From contig CAVSQB010000011.1 in assembly GCA_963729895.1 (NCBI GenBank), forward strand, positions 1 through 64,000: DNA of 64,000 nt, in the 5' to 3' direction. Below the pieces are notes generated by a model. That model searched no databases and was not told where the DNA came from. It saw nothing but the letters and a program-made list of their open reading frames with translations. Of the stretch, positions 19,875 through 28,209 are shown one piece after another; positions within the stretch are counted from its first letter, which is position 1; each line of letters opens with the position of its first letter. The position numbers and the translations under genes are program-made. Source of the DNA: an uncultured Fibrobacterota bacterium (GTDB lineage Bacteria; Fibrobacterota; Chitinivibrionia; Chitinivibrionales; FEN-1185).

Positions 19875-21005
19875 TCAATGGAAGAAAGGCAATAATTTTG
19901 GGAGAAACGGGAGGATTATCTCAAAAAAAATGAGAATGATGATTATCCACTCAAGCAATTCCAATCTCTGGCTTGCAGCGGTGTCGTGCACCTGTTTGTG
20001 AAAATCCTCAATGGTGTCGAGTTTCCGAAGGATGCTGGCGTTCCATTCGCTCACATGAAACCGCTGGGAGGCGAGGCGGTAGACGCGCGCGAGAAACTGG
20101 TCGCCCAGCAGTTTCGGCGCGTTACTGACGCGCTCGAACAATATGGCGCCCTCCAGTTGCATTTGTGAAATGCGCTTGATGTTGCGCGCCGTATACCCTG
20201 GCAGGAGCCTGAACAGGCTGTTCGGCTGCGACGACAGCTCGTAGGAGCGGTCGATGGATGAATCGAGCCGGTAATCGAGGAACCGCAGTTCGAGAAGCTC
20301 GGTGTTGGCGAATTCCAAAACCGATTGCACGTCGTCAGCCTCGCGGTCGAAAATCATCGCGGCGTTCCAGTCGATAATGGTAATATCGCCCGGGCCGTAC
20401 GATATCCTGCAGGCCAGCGCATCGGAGGTTTCCGATTCGGAAAGTACCTGCGACTCGGCCCGCAGAATCTGGGCAAGAATGCCGCCGGCGCGTTCGGGCA
20501 AGGTGTCGGCCGGGCCGCACAGGTCGAAATCGTCGATTTCGAAAATCAGGTAGTCTTCCACCGGATCGGCAACGGCCGGATGCTCCACCGCGTCGCCCAG
20601 CGCGCGAATGATGTCCTGCGCGCGCTGGCGCGAGTCGGCGGGCAATGCATCGCTTCTGTCAATCTCAATGCTCAAATCTCGAAGGTCACCAAGCGTCCCG
20701 GAAATCGCGATTTCGTACGAGATGGAAACGGAGCCGAAATCGTAGAAGGTGAGCGCGACGGCGGGCGACAGGCGGTGTGCGCCGATGCGGGGAACGTCCG
20801 ACTCCTGGATGATGGTGAGCGGTTGCGGATCGTAGCCGAAGTATTTGGGTGCGCGGCGGTTCTTGTTTGACAATGTTGTGCGGCCGCCCAGGAGCGGGGC
20901 GCGGTCGAGGCATTTGGCAAGGTTGGTTGAAGTGCCGATGTCGTAGGCGTAGAGTATATGGCAGGCGCCTTTACGGATCGCCACGGATGCCGTTTCTGGT
21001 TTCAT
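19875..21005 (-). CDS. Hypothetical protein with a C-terminal TM helix (RMD1/CorA-like C-terminus)
   Basis: LGDQFLARVY...SILRKLD...RLELLEWIIIILIFFEI. Confidence 0.6.
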   Translation of the reverse strand: MKPETASVAIRKGACHILYAYDIGTSTNLAKCLDRAPLLGGRTTLSNKNRRAPKYFGYDPQPLTIIQESDVPRIGAHRLSPAVALTFYDFGSVSISYEIAISGTLGDLRDLSIEIDRSDALPADSRQRAQDIIRALGDAVEHPAVADPVEDYLIFEIDDFDLCGPADTLPERAGGILAQILRAESQVLSESETSDALACRISYGPGDITIIDWNAAMIFDREADDVQSVLEFANTELLELRFLDYRLDSSIDRSYELSSQPNSLFRLLPGYTARNIKRISQMQLEGAILFERVSNAPKLLGDQFLARVYRLASQRFHVSEWNASILRKLDTIEDFHKQVHDTAASQRLELLEWIIIILIFFEIILPFLPKLLPFFH

Positions 21006-21235
21006 GATTCACCGTTTGGAACGTGTGGAGAGACGGGCTTCTATGTAAAATAAGCCCCGGCGCACGCCGGACACCATAGAATCAGGCGACGGCATTCGGA
21101 CGACGCCCTGGAGCAGGCAGTACCTCGCGAAACCCACACAAAAATACGGAGGCAAAGGGCCGGTGAGAGCATTTATATTTAACGATGGTACCATTACCCC
21201 CGCATAACCGTTCGCAAAACCCAGGAGGTTGTTGC

Positions 21236-21970
21236 ATGGAGCAGAAGCTGACCAGACGGGATTTCGTGAAGACCGCAGCGGGCGCCGGTGCGGCGCTTGC
21301 GCTCGCGTCAACACAGCGTGTACTGTTCGCCCAAACACCGCAGGCGGCAAAAACGGCCGCAAAGGCAATCTCCATGGTGGCGCTGCCGTACGCTCAGGAT
21401 GCGCTGGCGCCCTTCATTTCTGCCCGCACGGTTGATCTTCATTACAACAAGCACCATTTGAGCTATTATACCATGCTCAAGGGCTGGATCGGCACGCACC
21501 CCGAATTCGCGGGTCAGACGCTTGAAGAACTGATTGTTGCAAACAAGGCCGGCACCCGCTTTGCCGAGGCCGTCTTCGATTATTCGATCCTTCTTAACAA
21601 CCACAACTGGTATTGGATGAGCCTCAAGCCCAAGGCCGGCGGTCCGCCAAAGGGGAAAATGGGGGCCATGATCAATGCATCCTACGGCTCATACGACGCA
21701 TTTCGCAAGCATTTCATCGATGAAGCCATGCAGCTCGGAGTAGGGTGGGTGTGGGTGGTGCAGGACGGAAGCGCGGTAAAGGCGTACCGGTCCGAATACC
21801 TGGACACCCCTTTACTCAAGGGATACGCCCCGTTGCTGACCGTGGATGTGTGGGAACACGCGTACTACATGGATTATCAGAATGAGCGGCAGAAGTACGT
21901 GGAGGCCGTTCTCGACAATCTTCTGAACTGGGAGTATGCGGAAGCAAACCTTGCCCTCAAAAAGAAATAG
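21236..21970 (+). CDS. Tat-exported Fe/Mn superoxide dismutase-family protein
   Basis: Twin-arginine signal TRRDFVK; LPYAQDALAP, HYNKHH, NHNWYW, DVWEHAYY. Confidence 0.85.
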   Translation: MEQKLTRRDFVKTAAGAGAALALASTQRVLFAQTPQAAKTAAKAISMVALPYAQDALAPFISARTVDLHYNKHHLSYYTMLKGWIGTHPEFAGQTLEELIVANKAGTRFAEAVFDYSILLNNHNWYWMSLKPKAGGPPKGKMGAMINASYGSYDAFRKHFIDEAMQLGVGWVWVVQDGSAVKAYRSEYLDTPLLKGYAPLLTVDVWEHAYYMDYQNERQKYVEAVLDNLLNWEYAEANLALKKK

Positions 21971-21995
21971 GGCCCGGCACGGGCGCCGGTCGTCC

Positions 21996-22466
21996 ATGAC
22001 TCCGCGCAACCTGTTGTGTGAATTTCTGCTCCTGGCGGCAGCGGCGGCGTGGCCGCAGGACGGCGCCGCGGGCATGGCGTTGTCGCTTTATGTCAAGACC
22101 TCGGTGTATCCGTCCGATTCGGCCGACCGTTTCGGCCACGGCAAGGTCGAGGCCACATTCCGGTTCAAAGACGGGGCTCCCATACCGAACCAGGAAATCC
22201 AATTGAGCACCACAAACGGGGTATTTTCCTGCAACCTGCCCGACATCGAAAACGAGGTGGATTCGGCCATGTTCGACGAATCCTGCTGCACAACCGGCAA
22301 AGACGGAAAAATCCTCGTATACCTCACCAACATTCCGTTCAATTCACAGGGAACGGTGACCGCTTTGTGCACCTACGGCGATGTTTCCGTAAAAGCAACG
22401 AGTACGTTCTGGATAAAGAGGATGCCGAAGTCGTTAACGGCGAGGAAATCAAAGATTAAAAGGTAG
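21996..22466 (+). CDS. Small secreted Ig-like protein
   Basis: Signal peptide LLLAAAAAWPQ; GAPIPNQEIQLSTTNG..TTGKDGK Big-1-like pattern. Confidence 0.5.
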   Translation: MTPRNLLCEFLLLAAAAAWPQDGAAGMALSLYVKTSVYPSDSADRFGHGKVEATFRFKDGAPIPNQEIQLSTTNGVFSCNLPDIENEVDSAMFDESCCTTGKDGKILVYLTNIPFNSQGTVTALCTYGDVSVKATSTFWIKRMPKSLTARKSKIKR

Positions 22467-22470
22467 GAAT

Positions 22471-23433
22471 TCAGGATCGGAGCCTGTGCGGCATTCCATG
22501 GTCCGGCAGGTTCGATACGCCCGCAGTTGATGTGTCTTTCACCGGTCTTGGCAAAGGCGATCCCGATCTGATCGTGGCGACAAACGTGAAGATTGCGCCC
22601 CAGTACGCGGTACTGTCGACAAATGCCAGGTCGCCGTGGTGCCCGCCCTCTATTTCCACGAATTCCTTCTTTGTCGCGGCGGCGCGATACACTTCTCTGC
22701 CCATGGAAATGGGAATAAGCCGGTCGTCGGTGCCGTGGATCACCAGGAGCGGAGACGTTATGTCCCGTATTTTTGACATGGTGTCAAACGAATGCCCGGC
22801 GATCAGGGAAAGCAAACCGAACCCCAGGGCCCGCGCATAGGCGCGGCCGGTGGTGAGAGGCGCAACCAGAACAAGGCCCGCAACAGTCTTGCGGCGCACC
22901 GTGTTGACGGCCACAGCCGTGCCGAGCGAGGAGCCGATTACGAAGATGTTCTTCTCCAGGTATCCCAGCGAGTCCCTCACAAAGCGAAGTGCGGCCGCTC
23001 CGTCGAGGTAGACGCCGTTTTCCGAAGGTCGGCCGGCGCTCTTGCCGAAACCGCGGTAGTCTACGCCTACCACACGCAGATCCATTTTGGCGAGGCCAAA
23101 AAGGTCTCCCACCTGCCGATCATTGTTTCCGGCATTGCCGTGGAGGTAGAGCGCAGCGTACGATGAAGCAGTGTCTCCCGTTATATAACATTGGAGACGA
23201 ACATTATCACTGGTCGTGATGAAACGTTCCGTGATGCCGGGAGGAATCCTGGCCGGTGAGGATCTGTTTGAAGTGTCCGGGTGAAACGCGATACTATTGA
23301 TAACGGCGGTACACTGTTGCACTATGCAAACCGCAATGGCGCATATGGCTTTTGTTTGCATCGGACACTGCAGAAAGCCCCATTTGGTTCTCATTAAGCA
23401 CACCATCATACCGATAGTCGTACCTATTTCCAC
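22471..23433 (-). CDS. Alpha/beta hydrolase (start uncertain)
   Basis: LHGNAGN, DYRGFGKS, GSSLG, IHGTDD, GGHH. Confidence 0.88.
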   Translation of the reverse strand: MEIGTTIGMMVCLMRTKWGFLQCPMQTKAICAIAVCIVQQCTAVINSIAFHPDTSNRSSPARIPPGITERFITTSDNVRLQCYITGDTASSYAALYLHGNAGNNDRQVGDLFGLAKMDLRVVGVDYRGFGKSAGRPSENGVYLDGAAALRFVRDSLGYLEKNIFVIGSSLGTAVAVNTVRRKTVAGLVLVAPLTTGRAYARALGFGLLSLIAGHSFDTMSKIRDITSPLLVIHGTDDRLIPISMGREVYRAAATKKEFVEIEGGHHGDLAFVDSTAYWGAIFTFVATIRSGSPLPRPVKDTSTAGVSNLPDHGMPHRLRS

Positions 23434-23837
23434 AGCGCAAGAATAAGCGCCAGCACTGCCGCTCCCACCGCCTGGTACCCCGAATCGATGCAGAACAGCA
23501 GTGGCTTGTTCCTAAAGAACAGCGTCCCCGAATTTATGGGCAGCACAAAGAACCCGATGATCGAAGCTGCCGCAACAAGCGCTCCCTTGACATCAGCGAA
23601 GTTGCCGAGCATCACTACCATGGAGATGCCAAGGGTATAGAGAAACGTTGAAACGAGCTGCCCCACCATGGGCAGAACGACCGTTGCCCGGCCTTGCCCT
23701 TGGCCCATGTGAACTCCTGTTTCTTTGGTCCATTGCTTTGCAAAAAGTGCGTTGCTGTACCACAGCCACCCTATGAGAAAATAGACAATACCGGAAACGA
23801 CATAGGCCAATGCGTTGAAATGCAAACCTGTATTCAT
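23424..23837 (-). CDS. DUF1761-family membrane protein
   Basis: IGWLWYSNALFAKQW and IDSGYQ motifs, four TM helices; GGAGG RBS. Confidence 0.8.
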   Translation of the reverse strand: MNTGLHFNALAYVVSGIVYFLIGWLWYSNALFAKQWTKETGVHMGQGQGRATVVLPMVGQLVSTFLYTLGISMVVMLGNFADVKGALVAAASIIGFFVLPINSGTLFFRNKPLLFCIDSGYQAVGAAVLALILALWK

Positions 23838-24157
23838 GAAGACCTCCCTGAAGAAGGGAATTTGCTTTGGGCACGAGCGGAAGCAGCAAAAAAAAATATT
23901 CCGTTTCAAGAAACCGCAATTCTAGTGCCATTGGAGATCATAAACCGGATCGGACAGACTGGTCGGTCTTTCTCTTTGCCCTATTTCAAGAAGGATTCTC
24001 ATTATTGGGAATTATTAGTAGAATAGCCGCCCCGTGCGGCAGACAGCGGTTCTTCGAGCCAATAACTCTGGCCCGAGCAACGAAATCTTAATACAGAGTG
24101 AAGATGGAAAATGGACATTCAAGACGATGCTGATATGAAATTCACGAGGAGGTATCA

Positions 24158-24484
24158 ATGAAAGCGATAGTTTCGATCATCGCGGTCGTGTTATTGAGCG
24201 GGACAATCGTGGCAGGTACGGCGCTCAGCAAATCGCCGGTCTACAAGGGTTATTTGAATATCGGAAACTATGTTGTGTCTCTGCCGCAGCAACTGCGCGC
24301 GGGTGACCGTATCCTTTTCACCAATCTCAACGGAGTTCGGGTGCTGGATCAACGTGTAAACAACGGCTTCTTCAATCTCGACGTTTCGAGATTGCATGCA
24401 GGCGTGTACATCGTGTCGGTGAGAAGAAACGGCGCGGATATCACGGAAGTCAGGGTGCCGTTCATGGCGGGCACGGGAGCGTGA
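24158..24484 (+). CDS. Small secreted protein consisting almost only of a T9SS type-A-like C-terminal sorting domain
   Basis: Signal peptide, then ILFTNLNGVRV...LDVSRLHAGVYIVSV; strong GAGGAGG RBS. Confidence 0.65.
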   Translation: MKAIVSIIAVVLLSGTIVAGTALSKSPVYKGYLNIGNYVVSLPQQLRAGDRILFTNLNGVRVLDQRVNNGFFNLDVSRLHAGVYIVSVRRNGADITEVRVPFMAGTGA

Positions 24485-24554
24485 ACCTCAGAGGACGCAG
24501 GGCTTGAACTTCAAACGGGAGAGGGGGGGGGGGCAAGAAGAGGTCCGTTTTTAT

Positions 24555-27028
24555 TCATAGCCCGCAGGGAAGTTTTACCACAACGGCGGGGTTTTGCCCT
24601 TCCGTAAATGTCATCTCCTTCGTGCATGTTTTGTCGCCCTTGACGAACTGCATGGTATGTTTTCCGGACGTCACCGTAACAAATCCCGTGTTGGTCCTTC
24701 CGATTTGCTGACCATCCATGTAAACCGATGCAACCGGCGGCACTGAAGAAATAAACACGGTCGCCGGTTTTCGTTCAGTGTCTGTTTCCGATGACGGCGG
24801 CGTTGACACGGCAGGAACCGGAGCAGGCTGCGGTTCCATCGCAAGTGCGGTGTCCGCCGCCGGTGTCACAGCGGGAGCCTCTTGAAGTTTGGCAGCCGGT
24901 GCGCGCGGCGGCTCCAGGCTCTCTATGGTCGTTTTTATCACCTGGAAAGCTTCCGTGTCAAGGTTCTTTTCGAGAAGTTTGCAATTCGTAGTGTAAGCGC
25001 GTCGGGCCGCATCGTGTTTTCCCCGGTCGATAAGGTCGTAGATCAGGGTCAGTTGCCGTTGTGCCGCCTCCCGGGTCGCCGATTGTTCCCGGACGGGTGC
25101 GGGGGCGGCGGCCGGGGTTTCGGCGTGAGCCGGCACGACAGGAGCGGGCACCGGTGGCGCTGCCGGAGAGGGCGCCTTGGGTGCGACCGCGGCATCGCGC
25201 TCAGATCCAAGTCTCCTCATCGCCTCGTTGCCGTTTTGCACCTTTTGCCGGGCGTCGGCCAGCAGGGGGCCTAAAACGTTCTCCTGTTCGCGTTTGTCAT
25301 TAACCGCCGCGGAACTGTCGTTTCGTGCCTTGGATACCTCACCGGCGAGCGCCTCCGAAGCGCCCTGCGCGAGACGAAGCTCTTCCTTTTTCGATTCGAT
25401 GGCTGCATCCGCCTGAACGACATACACGTTTTTCTCTTTGTTTGTGCGGATGCTGTCGTCACGGGCGGCCTGTTGCCTGGCGAGCACGGCGTCCATGGCC
25501 GCCGTGCTCCGGCGTACCAGTTCCGCGGCCTGGATAATCGCACGGGAAGCATTGGCGAGTTCCTTCCGGCGGGCGCTTTCGCGTCCCGCAATAAAACCCT
25601 TGAGCGCGTCCCGCAGCAGGGCCATGCTGTCCACAGCCGCTGCAGCGTGCGACGAATCGGCCAGAAGCGCGGCATGAGCCTTTTGAAACGCAAGCCGATG
25701 ATGTTTCGCACCGCTTTACCGCCTCGGCGCTGTCGCGTTCCATTCGAACAATACGGGGCTTTGCGTTTATCAGTTCTTTCCACGTTTTTGCAATGAGATC
25801 GTTGAGCCGCTTGTTGTCGGCTGCGAAGTTCCCGGAAACCTGCGCAAACTGCTTTTGCGCAAGTACCCCGTCGCGGACAATCCGTTCTCGCGTCAACGAT
25901 GCCGAATCGAGGGTCTTCTGGGCGGCATCGAGAAGCCTGGTTATCTGCCGGTTCTGCTCGCGCCAGGTTTTCCCCGGAATTTTCGCCACCAGGGCCGCAA
26001 AGGCCTCGTCGCGCATCAGGTTGTCGAGCTTGCCCTTGTACACGTCGAGCGTTTGCGCCTTTTCCGCGTCGGGTCCTGTTGCGGCGCTGCGAACTTCGTA
26101 AGGCTTGTTAAGGAACTCACCCAGCTGGCCGGAGAGCGTTTCGATTGCGCTGTCGAGCTGGAACTTTTCCTTCATGCGAAAGAACTTGTTCTTGTCGTCC
26201 TGCACGGCGACAACGATCGAATCGAGGGCGGCAATGTCCCGTTCGCGTTTCTGCATGTCTTTCCGGTCCTGCGTTTGGGCCGAGAGGCTGTCGCGCCTGG
26301 AAGAATTGATTTCCTCGGTGGCGCTCCTCACCGCGGAATCCTTGCCTGCGACAAGGAGGCGAAGGCCGTCAAGACGCTTGAGCGACGCCGCGAGCGAATC
26401 GCCGTTCGTTTTCGACGCGGCAAGGCTGTCGCGCGCCAGCCTCACCGCGGCCGCCGCCAGGCTGTCGAGTGCGCGCGCACGGCGTCCGACCCGCCGTCTC
26501 CAGGCCGGCAAGGCTGTCTCCCTGCCGCGAACTTTCCAGCGAGAACCGTTTTAAAAGGTCGGTGCTGTCGGAGCGAGCCAGATCGAGTCCGCTGTTCGCC
26601 GCTTCAGCCGAGTCTTTGCATGCGTCAAGCAAGGGTCCGAACGCCGCAATTACCAGATGCGAATTATGCACGGCCGCCTCCCGCTCGCTTTCCCGCGCGG
26701 CCTTACCGGCCTCCAGGGCGGACAACTGTTCTCCAAGCCCGGCCAGGGCTGTTTTCTCCCGCCCGGCCCGGCTGTCCAGACCGCGGATGACGCCGGCAAG
26801 GGAGTCGATCCGCTTGTCGGCCTTGGCGTCGGCCGCAGCGCTGTCGCTCTTCAGCTTGTCGAGCTTGAGCGACAAATCCTTGTTCGCGGAGAACTGCTCC
26901 CCGATACGGCGATTTATTTCCGCACTATGAAGGGAACTGTCCGACAATTGTCCGGTCTGGGCGCGCGCGGGCATTGCCAGGGAAAAAACAGCGAACAGAA
27001 AAAGACGCACCGTGGCTGTCGGTCGCAT
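24555..27028 (-). pseudogene. Secreted coiled-coil protein with C-terminal PEGA domain, split by two apparent frameshifts (pseudogene or assembly indels)
   Basis: Three overlapping ORFs (26369-27397, 25459-26511, 24555-25634) continue one DS-rich coiled coil from the signal peptide MRPTATVRLFLF to PEGA (ISSVPPVASVYMDGQQIGRT); frame switches near 26485 and 25683. Confidence 0.7.
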
Positions 27029-27167
27029 GAATCCCACAACGAGCGCATTCCCCGGAGCTTGCTCCGGGGTTAGCGAGCGACTATGAGTATGTTTTCTTTC
27101 CATAGGGACGGAAGATGCCCGCAGATTGCTGCGGGCATCTTCAATGGTTCCGCCGAATTCGACGAAG

Positions 27168-28160
27168 TTACGCGCCGCTCGTCTTCCCTCCGACAAGGAT
27201 CTTTCTTCCAATACTGAGGAGGCATTTTGGCGTGATATGGTTGAGAGCGCAGATGTTCCTGATTGTGGTGTGGTACAGCCTGGCGATCTGGCCGAGCGTG
27301 TCGCCTTTACGGACCGTATGCCATTTTTCCTTTCGCAGTTCCTCAAGGTAGGCAAAATTGGCCTTCGTGAGAACGAGCGTGTCGCTTTTGAGCGCATAGG
27401 ACCCGAAATCGATGATGCAATTGGGATCGAACGGCTCTCCGTAGTAACGCATTTCGAAATGCAAATGGCTTCCGGTCGACCTGCCGGTGTTGCCTCCGAG
27501 CCCTACCACATCCCCGGCCTTTATTCTCTTATTGACGGTTACGCATTCCCGCGAAAGGTGGCCGTAAATGGTTTCGAGGCCGAACGGATGCCGCACCACC
27601 ACCACATTTCCGTATCCGTGACGGTCGCACTTGGTAACCCGCACGATACCGTCAAACGCCGCCCGAACGGTATCGCCTTTGGAAAGCCTGATGTCAACGC
27701 CGTTGTGCCACAGCCATCGTCGCTCTCCGAAATCCGACGTGACGACGTTTTTGAATGGATGGACATAGAACCGGCCCGCCAGCGAGTCCACGAGCACGAT
27801 GGTTGCCGTATCGGTCCACGCATCCGAGGCAAAGTGACCGCTGTTGATCTTCCAGTTGTCCCACGCAAATGTGTCCACCGAGGGCTCTTCGGAGGGAAAC
27901 AGGGTGTCGACCCCATCCTGGAATTCGTCCTCTTCGGTTTCCGAACTTGTCTCGCTGTCTGCCTGCCGCTGGGTCAAAAGAGAATCGGACCGGGCCTGTT
28001 CAACAGGAGACGCGGAAACCGCGCCGGAAAATGTGAAGCAGCAGAGCGCACCCACCAGGGAAAGAAACTCCGTGGCAGAACGCGAGACCTGCAACGCTCT
28101 TTTCGGGCTCCGCGGTGGCGCCGCTCTCGTATGCTTGTGATGCATCAATAAAAAATACAC
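27168..28160 (-). CDS. M23 peptidoglycan endopeptidase with C-terminal LysM
   Basis: HNGVD, TIYGHL, GNTGRSTGSHLHFE; HTVRKGDTLGQIA LysM. Confidence 0.9.
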   Translation of the reverse strand: MYFLLMHHKHTRAAPPRSPKRALQVSRSATEFLSLVGALCCFTFSGAVSASPVEQARSDSLLTQRQADSETSSETEEDEFQDGVDTLFPSEEPSVDTFAWDNWKINSGHFASDAWTDTATIVLVDSLAGRFYVHPFKNVVTSDFGERRWLWHNGVDIRLSKGDTVRAAFDGIVRVTKCDRHGYGNVVVVRHPFGLETIYGHLSRECVTVNKRIKAGDVVGLGGNTGRSTGSHLHFEMRYYGEPFDPNCIIDFGSYALKSDTLVLTKANFAYLEELRKEKWHTVRKGDTLGQIARLYHTTIRNICALNHITPKCLLSIGRKILVGGKTSGA

Positions 28161-28209
28161 AAAAAGCTTTGAGTGAAGTCGAACTTCCCGCTCACGTCCC
28201 GGCCGGCAC

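Noticed and set aside
24523..24533. G11 homopolymer as a phase-variation switch
   Set aside because: Lies between convergent stop codons, outside any CDS or promoter
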